64,000 bases of DNA from Azolla caroliniana (taxonomy: Eukaryota; Plantae; Polypodiophyta): assembly GCA_043228905.1 (NCBI GenBank), contig JBHGNT010000001.1, positions 18,104,001-18,168,000 of the forward strand, given 5' to 3'. Positions 9,991 to 23,156 of the stretch are shown here, piece by piece. Below the pieces are notes generated by a model, which saw nothing but the letters and a program-made list of their open reading frames with translations, did not search any database and was not told the DNA's origin. The translations under genes and the position numbers were made by a program. The first letter of the stretch is position 1. The number at the start of each line of letters is the position of its first letter.

Positions 9991-11518
9991 GTTCGCATTT
10001 ACCCTTGGAGCGTTCTACTCTGTACTTTGTCTTTTTCTCTTCACGAGATCCACAAGAAGATCATGGCACTCCTTCGCTATCCCGAGTAATTCCCGTAGCG
10101 AAAATTCTACCCGGCTATCGAGAATTCTCTCCTCAAACACCTTTTTCAAGTCCGTTTGCTATTCGATGTCTGAGGCGAGCTTGAATGCCGGAATTGTCTT
10201 TTCTTTTCCCTTCCCTCCGGAGTTCCAGCTTTCCGGTGTCTTCGATGGTCCGGTCGCATCATCCGTGTGTCGTCGTTTCTCGTCTACATACACTTCATGC
10301 AATTGGCATAGCGCATGTATGCTATTGTTATCTACGGGGCACTCCCATACCGTAGCTTCCCGAATACATTCCACGGCGCTTCGGATTTCATCATGGTCGA
10401 CTTTCTTGAAAATTTCTAGCACTTCTGGCCAAAAAGACGCCTTTGTTGCAGATGACTGCCCCACACGTATTCTCGCGGTTGTCGCATAATTGTTTTTCGC
10501 AGCGATCTCCTCCTTTAGGACCTTCTTCATGCCGCCTTTTTGAAAGTTCGGTCGGAGTGGTTTCTGAGAATCCATCGAATGAATCCGATTTCCCTCCTAG
10601 TAGATAAAATCCCTTCATAACGCCTCCTTGTGCTCGTCGCAATCTCTCCGATCATGTTCGGTGCTATCGCACCATATGCATCAACGGTCCATGAACTTGG
10701 AACTCCATCTCCTTCAACAATTGCTCCACCGTGGTTGCGTCGATTCCCTTCTCGGTTGTAGTCTCACGAGCCCACGATTGTTGGTCTTCCAAACCGGATC
10801 TTGGCTTCGGAATCGGTTCCGAAACCCTCTTTTTTTCGTTAGCAAGCCATTGCCCCCTCGGCTTCGGAATCGGTTCTGAAACCCTTTTTTCTTCGTTAGC
10901 AAGCCATTGCCCCCTCTTTGTATATCGTGCGACAATATGTCACACTTTATCCCATGTATCGGTGAGACCACTCTCGATAGTCGTGTCCTCCAGAACCACT
11001 CCGAGATCTTTCCGGTCCTGGACGTCCATGGCTCGTAGGAACATGATCACTTTGTCCGGTGCAAGGATAGCTTGATCTCTCGTGGACAACCTCCCGAACC
11101 GACTTTCGAATGCCGAAAACACATCGAGGACCTTCATCCCCTTATCTCGCGTTTCCACCCAATCTTCGAATCCTCTCCTCATTGCCTTGGAAGAGTCCTC
11201 CATGGCGAACGTGGTCTTTAGGGCTTCTTCAAATGCTTCCCATGTTAGATTCTATTGTCGTAACCCGTGGATACACCCTTGAAGCCCGTCTGTAGCCACC
11301 CGATTGAAGGATGTCATCTACAATCCTTCCAATATTCCACACCGTAGCATTTCCGCCTTGTAATCCCGCAAATATCGCGACACATATTTCCCGTTGAATT
11401 GCCCGTTCCGTTGCACGAGCCGCTTAACTGCCGCTGCAATCTCCGACATCGAGCGTTGTTCTTGTAGCATCCTCTCGAACATCACCATCATATTGTTAGC
11501 CCTCTGTTGATTTTCCAT
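9991..11518 (-). pseudogene. B gag (disrupted)
   Basis: Fragments homologous to A Gag (QRNGQFNGK, APDKVIMFLRA, CIWCDS). Contains stops, a deletion and a small tandem duplication at about 10805-10915. Confidence 0.9.
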
Positions 11519-11556
11519 CTCCTTGCCACCCGGTTTCAGGTTGGGTTCACCACTTG

Positions 11557-12352
11557 TGTCGTGCTTTTCGGCTCCGGATCGTTGCGTGAGTCGGGTGGGA
11601 ACCACTGAGGTTTTGGACTAGGAGAAGAAGAATATGAGATAGTTTTTGTTACGAATAGATTGCAAGATGGAGATGTGAAACTTGTGAATCCCCCGAGTAT
11701 AATGTATTAATGGATACTTAGATTGTAAGAGAGAATTAGATGGTAAAATCGTGAATCCCACGAATATTTTGTATTAATCAATCCTTATAAAAAATCAACA
11801 ACCCCTATACATCTTTCTCTCTTCCTTATATAGTGTTGGAAGAGTCTAAGTTTATCACATGAAAGCATCATGCTTTTCCTAACTTTAGCTTTCTATCCCA
11901 TCTTTTCTTTTATCTTGAGTGTGTATGCATGAATAACTTTTTGTACCATGCATATCTAGAATATTTACATGGGATAAAGTTTAGCATAACTTTAAAATTC
12001 ATAATATGCTAGTATAGTGGCAATGCTTAAAAATTGCTAACATGGAGGTACAGGGTTCGAATCTTGCCCTATGGATGTAACAATCTTTTCTTCTATTTAC
12101 AAATTTGTCTCTTCATCCGGTGAGAGACTCTCACCGGCCTTCTTTGTCCGGCTCTTGCCAGTTCTTACCGGGTCTCCGTACCAGTTCCTCCTTGCCGATT
12201 CCATCCTTCATCCGGTTCTCACCGGTTTGTCCTTACCGATTCCATCCTTCATCCGTTTCTCACCGGTTCCTCCTTACTGGTTCCTCCTTGCCGGTTCCAT
12301 CCGAAGGGACAAAAATGCAATTTTCACATAGTGTGCAAATTACACTACGACA
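11557..12352 (-). repeat. B 5' LTR
   Basis: Both termini homologous to the A LTR. Adjacent PBS. Confidence 0.9.
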
Positions 12353-12356
12353 CCGC

Positions 12357-15063
12357 TATTCTCTTCTGTTCGTCTCAATCCATTTTTTCAAGAGGTAATC
12401 CGGTGCTCAAGAACTGATGCATGTCTATAAGCCACTTGTCCTCCTCGGCAACTGTTGAGTCGGTTGTCGGTTCTGTTGTTACCCTGAATAACTCGGTATC
12501 AGGGAACTCACCTCATACTCCGTCTCCTACTTCGCCGGATTCTAGCCGGCTCAAGTAATCGGCTACTACATACTGCGCTCCGGGTCAGTGGTAGATGTCG
12601 AACTCAAATTCCTTTAATAGTAGTGTCCATCTTGCTATTTTCCCGGTTAGCGGCCTTCCAGAGCTTCCGGCTTGCATAGTACACCGGCTGATACCACTTC
12701 GGTTCGGTGAGTTGCTTAAGGACATTGCCAGTTGCTACGTCCAATGCGTCCACAAACACATTGAAACTCTTCGTCCAGTCAAGAGGTTGCACCATCGGGG
12801 CTTGTGACAGCATTACCTTTAATGCTTGATAGGACTTTTCCTCCGGCTCCGCCCATTGAAAGGGCTATCGGTGCACTGTTGCATGTAGTGGTGTCACGAA
12901 GTCAGCCAAATATCGTAACATTCGGCTATGCCACCGTATTTGTCCTAAAAACCGGCTCAGGGCATTTGCGTTATTTGGTGTGGGTGACACCAGGATTGCC
13001 CTCACCTTATCTGGGTCCACCACAATTCCCTCCTTACTTACAATGTGTCCTAATAGGTTGCCACTGGTTACTCCGAACACGCACTTTGTTGGATTTAGGC
13101 TCAGTCGGTATTCCCAACATTTCTCCAAGCATAACTGGAGGTGATCCAAATGTTCGTCCTGTTGACTGTACATCGCAAAATCATCTAAAAAGACCTGCAT
13201 GAATGTTGGGATGTACTCTCCGAATATTTCCATGATGATTCGTTGAAAAGTTTCTGGTGTTGTTTTTAGCCTGAACATCATTACCACTGCCACAAACACC
13301 CCCCCATTCGGTGACAAAAGCCGTTTTCTCTTGGTCTTCCATGTGCATTCGAATCTGGTTGTAACCGCTAAATCCGTCTAAAAAACTATATACTTCATGC
13401 CTAGCCACCGCATCCAACACGTTGTCCGTGAACGGTAGTGGGAACGCATTCGGTATTGTGGCCGCATTCAGCTTCCAGTAGTCCATGCATACCCAAATCT
13501 TACCATTTTTCTTAGGTACTACTACAATTGAGCTCAACCATGTTGCTTGCTTTACCAGCCATATGAACCCGACTCTCAATAGCTTGTCGATTTCTTCCTT
13601 GACCTTCACCGCATAATTGGGATTCATTCGGTAACGGCATTGTGCCACCGGTTTGGCGTCCGTGCTAAGGTGGATCTAATGCTAATAAAGTTGGGGATCC
13701 AATCCTCGCATATCCTTTTAGGACCAGGCGAACACTTCTCGGAAAGTTGTGAGTAATTCGACCCATCGCCTTCTTTTCGTCTTGTGGCATTTCTTTGGCT
13801 ACATTCACCGGTCTGGGTGTGTCGTCGGTACCAAGGTCCACTTCCTCGAGCTGGGATGCTTTTACTCTTTGGGATATAGTCATTTCCCTTTCCGATGATT
13901 CTTGTGCTTGTCGTAGTTCCCGGATCGCTTCTTGATCTGGTTCGTCCGATTCCTTTCCAAGGTTTGTCACTTAATGGCACCTCAAATAATGGCACAATCA
14001 TTGGGTGCTCTTCCAAGTAATGGTCGACTTCTTCGTCAGCTAACCCGTCCAACATGTTGATGCTCTCCGCATATAGGGGGGTTACTTCCTTACTGGTTCC
14101 TACTCGTGGTTGTGTCAATACGCGTACTTTGGTCTTTCCTCGTCGAAAGGTGATTACATTCTTTTGCCAGTTTTGTTTTATGTGCACCGTCCGCAACCAT
14201 GGTCTTCCTAGCAACAGGGGATAGGCCCCTTGCACATTAAGCGTATCCTCTGATTGTGATGTCCAAGTCCTGGATGAGTCCGGTTGGTCGAACCGAACTT
14301 GTATCCGCCATTCTTAGCCAGAATGGACACAGTTCCCAATCTCAGATTCCCAAGGGGTCACATGTCCCTTTGCTAATGACATTCACCCCTGAACCACCGT
14401 CAATAATGGTTCCGGTGATCTCTTTGCCTTTAACAATCACTGTGATGGTTGGGCTGCTTGTGTCCACCACTGCCAGTCCTTTCTCCGAATTGGAGAAGAA
14501 TGTCGTTGTTGGCTCTTGATTTGGTGCGGTGAACGTTGTTTTGAGCCCTTCAGTGTACCGGGGGACTAATTGTAGCAGGCGCCCCAATGGTAAAACGATT
14601 TGGCATTCTTGTAATGCGTGCCAAGTTGGGTCCTTGTCGGTACTCTTTACGGGCTCCTTCGGTTGTAAGTTTTGCTCCTATATCTCGGCCACATTACGTT
14701 CATTGGCTTTCTGGATCCATTTGGCGGCTTGCTTCCGGATATGCTCCTCAGTTTCCCACTCAGCCACTTTTCCTTTGGAACGGGTAGTGACTTGCTGGAC
14801 GTCACTAACTTCAGCGGTGACCATGTTTACCGCCGATTGTTTTTCATTAGCCTTGACCAGACATTGGTTAATATCTATAATGCCCATCCTTCCGGCAATA
14901 ATAGCAATATGCCTTTCAGTTGCTGCATGACTCCCTCTTGTCCATGTTCCCATTCGGTGCATCGGAGGTTATCCCGCAGTTATCCTCCGTTTGTCGTTGC
15001 TTCAGTTGTGTCACAACATTGTTTGTGCTTCTTGGATTGTACTCTCTGGCTACTTCTCGACGT
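12357..15063 (-). pseudogene. D gag C-terminus, protease, RT and RNase H fragments
   Basis: Motifs IIDGGSGVNVI, SFLDGFSGYNQI, VFLDDF, PVYYASRKL. Contains frameshifts and stops. Confidence 0.9.
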
Positions 15064-16180
15064 TGTTGCGAAAATCCGCGCTTGCATGTCGGATCACGGC
15101 GGGACCACTAGGGTCATGGACTAGGAGGGGAGGAGTTGCCGGGGACCGGAATCTTCCAAAGCTTACCGCGTTGTCGGCCGGTTCAATCCCGGATACTCTC
15201 CGGACACGACCGGTAACCACACGGGAAGCGAGAGAGCGCAACCTCGTCATTGCCACTCCTTTTGCCCGTATGTACAAGGAGCCCAAAAGAGGCACAAGAC
15301 ACGGACCGGTTAATTGCGCCCGCGCACACGCACACACACATATCCACACCCGGTTACGACCAACACCTTTACACCGGCAATCACGTACGCACCCTCTCTC
15401 GTATCCTATGCTACCCTGAAACACACACACACACACATACACACACGATGCTTGTCGCGATGCCAGTTCCACATAGAGCGGAAGAGGGAGCCTGCATCCC
15501 AGGGCCGGTGAAGGACCTCCTAGGCTCGTTCGTGCGATGGGACCTTCGTGCAGGGCACGCCTCCTCCTGAACGACCACCTCCTATGCCAAGCCGCTTCAG
15601 GGAGCGCACGAGCTCGCTGAACCAAGTTGGGTCTTGCGTGCCAAGGAGGGAAGACAACCAACGAACCACCTAGCATGCGGGCTCTTCACATGAGACAGAA
15701 GCCAACACCCACACACACAGACATACCGGACTGTGGAGTATTGAGAGCCAACGAGCAGGAACTCAGGGAAAGCACAGACAGTCTGCAAGCTGCCTGCCAC
15801 AACCGAACACACCACCTATGCACGTACACAAAAGACACTGAAACCCTAACAGAGAATAGAGAAAGACGTTATACACAGAAGTTCATTAACAGTAAATGAA
15901 ACCTCAAAACGAAGAACAAAATTATTTGGGACCCAACGGGTGGGAACCCTTGTACAAGAAGCGTGCCCTCTCTTTTATAGGACAAGGTGAGGGTCGCGTG
16001 ACTATGTGGGATAAATCCCGTGATACATGGGATCGTCCATCCCGACTTTATTGCCGCTCGGCATCATAAAGGCACCCCCATTTCCCTATACAAGTTTTAC
16101 AAGAGTGGTGCACATGGCCCACCATGCTGATTTCTCCGATATTCCCCGGTTTCTCACTATGGCCCAGAATCTTCACGACA
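15064..16180 (-). repeat. E 3' LTR
   Basis: Diverged direct repeat of 24881-25965. Flanked by a PPT. Sense TATA CCTATAAAAG near 15972-15981. Confidence 0.9.
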
Positions 16181-17084
16181 TTCGCCCCTACCAAACCGCA
16201 CGTCCTCCGGTATGTTGTCGTGATGTGGCGTGCTCGAGAGTGGGAAAAACCAGCGAAAGGAGGGTCAAAATGTGCATGTGCAATGTGTGTGCACACAAAG
16301 GCAATAAATTGTGCATATGCAAAATAAAAAAGAAAAGAAAGGGTGGAAAGGAGGTATAGAAGCTCGTGCAAAAGTAAGAGAGAGGAGAGATAAAAGGTAG
16401 AGTTGAGACTGACTATAAATTTATAGAGATAGAATTAGTGGGTTAGTAGATAGTCACATTGACTACTACCTATAGGTGCAAGGTTCAAATCTAGTCTTAC
16501 AGTGCGGCGTGATTTAAGGAATTTTATTCCTTTTTCATTGAAGACAAAATTGGCGACCCCCTTTCCTTTTTTTCCTATAAAAGGAGGTCGAGGGGGGCTC
16601 ATTCGGGAGGACGTTTTGGGAGGAGGAGACTATCGCCAATTTTCCTTCGAAGCTCTTCATCTTCTTATTCACCACTTCTCTTCATCTCATACCCCTTCAT
16701 CCCCCCCATTGCCACATGCTCATCTTCTTCACGTCGGCACTCGAAGTGCTTGTGAACCCAAGCTTCGTTGGTTTGACGTTGCTCCACCCTGTTCGTCGTT
16801 GCGAGCCCATGTGCTCGCCGTTCGGGAGGTCGTGGTTCGTTGGGATTGGCATTTTGATGGTGCTCGTGTGTTCATCTTCGCCGTGTTCAGATTTGCTTTT
16901 GTCTCTAAGGGCTTTTAATATTTATGTTTTCACCGAGCCTGTGGTTAACTATAAGTTGCCATTGTAAACAAAACCCTATTTTATAAAGGGTCCTCTTGCA
17001 TTGGAATCGAACACGTATTTATCTCTTTGGTCGATATCATTCGTGTTTCTTTCTCTCCTTCTTTCTTTATTCGTATCTTCCTTA

Positions 17085-17700
17085 TACGTTTGGCCGTCTT
17101 GTGACGAGGAACTGTTTCGGGCGTGCCCATGCACCTCTCCTCTTCATAAAGATGTACGAGCATTTGTGCGTGTGTTTGTGTCTTACGTGTACATTCGGCC
17201 GTCTTGTGATGAGGGGACCGTTCGGGCTTGCCCATGCACCTCTCCTCATAAAGGCGTACGAGCATTTGTGCATGTGTTTATGTCTTCCGTGTACGTTCGG
17301 TCGTCTTCTAACGAGGAGACCGTTCAGGCTTGCCCACGCTCCTCTCCTCCTCATAAAGGCGTACGAGCATTTGTGTGTATGTTTGTGTCTTCCTTGTAAG
17401 TTCGGCCATCTTGTGACGAGGGAGCGTTTTGGGCGTCCCCATGCACCTCTCCTCCTCATAAAGACGTACGACCATTTGTGTGTTTGTGTGTGTCTTCCTT
17501 GTACATTCAGCCATCTTCTGATGAGGGACCATTTCGGGCTTGCCCATGCACCTCTCCTCCAGATAAAGGTGTACGTGCATTTGGTGCGTGTGTATATGTC
17601 TTCCTTGTACGTTCGGTCATCTCGTGACAAGGGAGCATTCAGGGTTGCCCATGTACCACTCCTCATAAAGACGTACGGATATTCGTGTTTGTGTTATCGT
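17085..17700 (+). repeat. 105/102-bp tandem repeat array in LTR G, about 6 units
   Basis: CTTGTGACGAGG-type anchors at 17098, 17203, 17305, 17410, 17515 and about 17620. Confidence 0.95.
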
Positions 17701-18662
17701 CCCCTTGTGCGTTCATGTTGCATGCTCATCTTGCTTGTACCCGTTTGGTCACTTGGCTCGTGCCGTGATTTCGAAAGGTCGATGAGTCGTGATGAACGAG
17801 AGCCACCGTCCTCACAAAACAAAGGGCCACGAGACCTTGCTCAGGAAGGGGTCTGGAAGTAGTATTGTCGTAAAGCTAACCTCGGGTCTTCTCTATCCCT
17901 TGAGTACTCCCTAGTCCAAGACCCCCGTGGTCCCGCCCAACTAACACACGTGCGCGAAACTTCACTCCTGTTTCGGAACCTCCGTGTGCCGGGCATCCCA
18001 TTCTCGTGTTCGGCTCCGCCCGTGCTAAATTCCGGCTACTTCCCATGCACGCATCATCGGCCTCGCCCGACTAGATCATGCATCGCCGCTTCTCCACGTA
18101 CCAGTGTCCTCCACGTCCAAGGAACACCCGGTAGTAGCCTGCTTGGCCACTTTTGTCTTGCGCTGTTGCCACCGGTTTGGAGTCTTCCACTTGTCGTCAT
18201 CCCCTCGTCCCCACTAGCTTGTTATCTCGGGTTTGGCCCGCCGCGCCCGTCGTTACCACTCCGACTGAGCTGCCGAGATCTCCGAAGTGGGTGTGGAGGA
18301 TCCTCCTTTAGCCCGTTGTTTCGTTTCTGGTCTCCAAACCGTGCAGTCCGTTGCACGCCCGTGCTCTCGTTCCCAGCACCGTCGTGTGCCGTCTTCCTTC
18401 ATCCTTGTTCAACACCGTCTATGCTGAACACCATCTCGTACTCGTGCTTTGCTTTGGCCCTCGATGGCCCTACGCACGTCTCCCTTTCTGCTTTCGGGCG
18501 TGCCCCTTTCCGGCTTAGCAAAAACCGCTCTTTGACCGGGAGTCCTTGGTAGTTTACCTGAAGATCACCCTTGTCGCGTCCCGGCCCGCATGGCCTCCTT
18601 CGTTCACGTAACACCACAGTTAGTCGGTGCCATTGTTGTTGCCGCCTTCGTCCCCTCGCCGC

Positions 18663-19691
18663 TGTCATGTGAATCTTCTCACACTATGTAAAAAATAAAT
18701 AATAAAATAAGTACTTTATATTAGCTTAATGGCATGTTATTGAAACATGGATGTTTGAGAAGATAGGGAAAACAGAACTATGATTTATCCCACATAGATA
18801 GGAAACTTAGGGCTCTAGCTATATAATCACTTTGAGACCCCTCATTTTCATTTGTGCTAAGAGCACTTTGGCCACTTTGTCTTGATGGATGATGGTGGCC
18901 AAGTTCCCAAAAACCGAAACCGATCGGTAAGCAAAACCAGAAACCGGTCGGTAAGCAAAATCGGAAACAGGTTAGTAAACAAATCGGAACCGGCGGCAGC
19001 AATCGGCGATCGGATGAAACCGACGACTGGACGAGGCTGGACACAAACCGAATGGATAACAAGATCATGGGGTTAATTAAAGTAAAGTAAAGGGAACTAA
19101 AGTAAAGGCCATGTGAACGCATCCAAAAAGTTGGAAAGCATGCAAAGAAAAGGCAGAAAGAGATGCAACTAAAAGTGGGCATGCAAAGTAACATTGAAGG
19201 CTATGATCAATGGAGAACTCCATATAAAATTCCATTTTTTTCCTACAGTCATCCTCTCTCCATATTATTTTATTTTTCCTTCTTAGCTTCCTTATCTCAC
19301 GGAGCCATAACACTCATAAACCCTAATTTTCCTTACAAAAGCGATATCTCTCCTATAACCTAATCCTAATTTTCCTTACGGAAGCCATAAACCCTAAATT
19401 TCCTTACGGAAGTCATAAACCCTAATTTTCCTTACGGAAGCCATATCTCTCATAAACCCTAATTTCCTTACAGAAGACAAAAACCCTAATTTTCCCTACG
19501 GAAGCCATATCTCTCCAAACCCCTAACTTTTCTTTTCTATTAATCTCAGTAAACTTAAAACTTATGAATCCCAATCTTGGGACATATTGTAATATCTTTT
19601 CCTTTTATAATGAAAATTATTAAATTTTCTCGTTTCTATTAATTGTAAAAAAACGTATAAATGCATGAATATGATATCCTCTGGTCAGAGG
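18663..19691 (+). mobile_element. Solo LTR X1 (3'-truncated duplicate of X2)
   Basis: Same left flank (CCGC) and same sequence as 22087 onward. Confidence 0.85.
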
Positions 19692-19944
19692 TCGTGGTTC
19701 ATTGGGATTGGCATTTTGGTGGTGCTCGTGTGTTCATCTTCGCCGTGTTCGGATTTGCATTTGTCTCTAAGGGCATTTAATATTTATGTTTTGACTGAGC
19801 TTTTGGTTAACTATAAGTTGCCATTGTAAACAAAACCCTATTTTATAAAGGGTCCTCTTGCATTGGAGTCGAACACGTATTTATCTCTTTGGTCGATATC
19901 ATTCGTGTTTCTTTCTCTCCTACTTTCATTATTCTTGTCTTCCT

Positions 19945-20660
19945 TATACGTTTGGCCTCTTGTGACGAGGGAGCGTTTCAGGCTTGCCCATGCTCCTCTC
20001 CTCCTCATAAAGGCGTACGAGCATCTGTGCGTGTGTTTGTGTCTTCCGTGTACGATCAGCCGTCTTGTGACGAGGGGACCGTTCGAGCTTGCCCATGCAC
20101 CTCTCTTCCTCATAAAGGCATACGAGCATTTGTGCATGTGTTTGTGTCTTCCGTGTACGTTCAACCGTCTTATGACGAGGGGACCGTTTGGGCTTGCCCA
20201 TGCTCCTCTCCTCCTCATAAAGGTGTACAAGCATTTGTGCGTGTGTTTGTGTCTTTCTTGTACATTCGGCCGTCTTGTGACGAGGGGACTGTTCGGGCTT
20301 GCCCATGCACCTCTCCTCCTCATAAAGGCATAGGAGTATTTGTGTCTGTGTTTGTGTGTTCCTTGTACGTTTGGCCGTCTTGTGACGAGGGAGCGTTTCG
20401 GGCGTGCCCATGCACTCCTCCTCATAAAGACGTACGAGCATTTTTGTGTTTGTGTGTGTCTTTCTTGTACATTCGGCCATCTTGTGACGAGGGACCGTTT
20501 CGGGCTTTCCCATGCACCTCTCCTCATAAAGGCGTACTAGCATTTGGTGCGTGTGTTTGTTTCTTCCTTGTACGTTCGGTCGTCTCGTGACAAGGGAGCG
20601 TTTGGGCTTGCCCATGTACCCCTCCTGATAAAGAAGCACGGACATTCGTGTTTGTGTTAT
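19945..20660 (+). repeat. Second 105/102-bp repeat array, about 7 units
   Basis: Anchors at 19959, 20064, 20169, 20274, 20379, 20481, 20584. Confidence 0.95.
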
Positions 20661-22086
20661 TGTCCCCTTGTGCGTTCATGTTGCGTGCTCATCTTGCTTG
20701 TACCCGTTTGGTCACTTGGCTCGTGCGGTGATCTCGAAAGGTCGACGAGTCGTGATGAACGAGAGTCACCGGCCTCACAAAACAAAGGGCAACGAGACCT
20801 TGCTTGGGAAGGGGTCGGGAAGTAGTATTGTCATAAAGCTAACCTCGGGTCTTCTCTATCGCTTGAGTACTCCCTAGTCCAAGACCCCCGTGGTCCCGCC
20901 CAACTAACACACGTGCGCGAAACTTCACGACAACATGCCAAGTCCGGAGAAAGGTGAGAGATTCCGGCCAGTGAGGAACCGGTCTTCCATAATCTGCATT
21001 CTGGCTGCGTGTTGGACTCGCCGGGTCCGAATTATCGGTTCCGGTCCCTTCTCCGTGTTTGCCTCTCCGTAGGCTGGTTCGACCCGCCGATAGGTGATTC
21101 GCCGTGATCCCATAGTGTGTGTGCTTCCTGTTGGCCCTTCCTTCTATTGCATGCATGATTCTCGTCCCTTCGGATACGCGGTGTCCTGCGTCGAAGGAGC
21201 ACTTATGTTGGCCCGCTTGGCCTCCCTTGACCTTCGCGTCATCCTGGTTCTCGTTCCACGTTAATCTCCACCACCTTCGTCCCCTCGCCACTACCTACCT
21301 TCTCCTTGGTCTCCGGAACCAGTGTGGAGGATTCCTCTCTGGCCATCTACGAGAGATCACCAGGACTGGCAACCCGCCTTCGCACTTTTACTCCTGTTTC
21401 GGCACCTCCGTGTTCCGGGCATCCCCTTCTCGTGTTCGGCTCCGCCCATGCTAAATTCCGGCTACTTCCCATGCACGCATCGTCGGCCTCGCCCGACCAG
21501 ATCGTGCATCGCCGCTTCTCCGCGTACCGGTGTCCTCCGCGTCCAAGGAACACCCGGTAATAGCCTGCTTGGCCACTTTCATCTTGCGCTGTGTCCACCG
21601 GTTTGGAGTCTTCCACTTGTCGTCATCCCCTCGCCCCCACCAGCTTGTTATCTCGGGTTTGGCCCGCCACGCCAGTCGTTGCCACTCCGACTGAGCCGCC
21701 GAGATCTTCGAAGTGGGTGTGAAGGATCCTCCTTTTGCCCGTTGTTTCGTTTCCGGTCTCCAAACCATGGAGTCCGTTGCACACCCGTGCTCTCGTTCCC
21801 AGCACCGTCGTGTGCCCTCTTCCTTCGTCCTTGTTCAGCACCGTCTATGTTGAACACCGTCCCGTACTCGTGCTTTGCTTTGGCCCTCGATGGCCTTACG
21901 CACGTCTCCCGTTCTGCTTTCAGGCGTGCCCCTTTCCGGCTCGGCACACCGCTCCTTGACCGGGAGTCCCTAGTAGTTTACCTGAAGATCACCCTTGTCG
22001 CGTCCCGGCCCGCATGGCCTCCTTCGTTCACGTAACGCCTCAGTTAGTTGGTGCCACTGTTGTTGCCGCCTTCGTCCCCTCACCGC

Positions 22087-23156
22087 TGTCGTGTGAATCT
22101 TCTCACACTATGTAAAAAATAAACTATGCAAAAAAATAAATAATAAAATAAGTACTTTAGATTAGCTTAATGGCATGTTATTGAAAGATAGATGTTTGAG
22201 AAGATAGGGAAAATAGAACTATGATATATCCCACATATATAGGAAACTTAAGGCTCTAGCTATATAAACACTTTGACCCCTCATTTTCATTTGTGTGCTA
22301 AGAGCACTTTGGCCACTTTGTCTTGATGGATGATGGTGGCCAAGTTCCCAAAAACCGAAACCGGCCAGTAATCAAAATCGGAAACCGGCCGGTAAGCAAA
22401 ATCGCAACCCGGCCGGTAAGCAAAACCGAAACCGGCAGCGGCAATCGGCGACCGGTCGAAATCGGCGACTGGACGAGGCTGGACGCAAACCGAACGGATA
22501 ACAAGATCATGGGGTTAATTAAAGTAAAGTAAAGGGAACTAAAGTAAAGGACATGTGAACGCATCCAAAAAGTTGAAAGGCATGCAAAGAAAAGGCGGAA
22601 AGAGTTGCACCTAAAGGTGGGCATGCAAAGTAACATTGAAGGCTCTTATCAACAGAGAGCTCCATATAAAATTCCATTTTTTTTCCTACACTCATTCTCT
22701 CTCCATATGATTTTATTTTTCCTTCTTAGCTTCCTTATCTCACGGAGCCATAACACTCATAAACCTTAATTTTCCTTACGGAAGCAATATCTCTCCTATA
22801 ACCTAATCCTAATTTTCCTTACGGAAGCCATAAACCCTAAATTTCCTTACGGAAGCCATATCTTTCATAAACCCTAATTTCCTTACAGAAGACAAAAAAC
22901 CTAATTTTCCCAACGGAAGCCATATCTCTCCAAACCCCTAATTTTTCTTTTCTATTAATCTCAGTAAACCTAAAACTTATGAATCCCAATCTTGGGACAT
23001 ATTGTAATTTCTTTTCCTTTGTTAATGAAAATTATTAAATTTTCTCGTTTCTATTAATTGTAAAAAAACATATAAATGCACGAATCTAATATCCTCTGGT
23101 CGGAGGCCCCGGGGTCCTGCCTCAAGTTCACGTATCCTCGTCGTATTTTCGCGACA
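22087..23156 (+). mobile_element. Solo LTR X2 inserted in E
   Basis: Ends TGTCGTGTG...TTTCGCGACA with a perfect CCGC TSD (22083-22086, 23157-23160). Confidence 0.9.

Larger units (their letters stand above)
1..12352 (-). mobile_element. Ty3/Gypsy LTR retrotransposon B (older, degenerate relative of A); 3' part lies left of the window
   Basis: gag, PR and RT fragments align with element A. 5' LTR at 11557-12352. Degenerate Trp PBS at 11535-11552. Interrupted by A and X0. Right flank is CCGC. Confidence 0.9.
16216..20932 (+). mobile_element. Solo LTR G (about 1.75 kb unit, expanded by a tandem duplication)
   Basis: Ends TGTCGTGA...TTCACGACA. TSD ATGT/ACAT, both explainable as decayed ACGT. 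TATA CCTATAAAAGG at about 16574. 3' end homologous to A U5. Confidence 0.8.
16826..23105. repeat. Tandem segmental duplication (about 16826-19691 and 19688-23105)
   Basis: The block G-part/E-internal/X appears twice. The junction at about 19688 uses GAGG microhomology. The first copy lacks about 460 bp. Confidence 0.85.

Noticed and set aside
17515-17545. Hammerhead ribozyme (CTGATGAG) in the repeat array
   Set aside because: It occurs in only one unit, and the GAAA core and cleavage triplet geometry are missing.
19300-19530. Interstitial telomere
   Set aside because: Single AAACCCTAA motifs interspersed in a longer unit, not tandem (TTTAGGG)n.
16981-20645. Long 35-aa-repeat ORFs in several frames on both strands
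   Set aside because: They are a by-product of a 105/102-bp repeat inside an LTR. No domain is recognisable and no frame is favoured.
19945-20660. CRISPR-like array
   Set aside because: Whole units repeat with no unique spacers. There are no cas genes and the context is a eukaryotic LTR.
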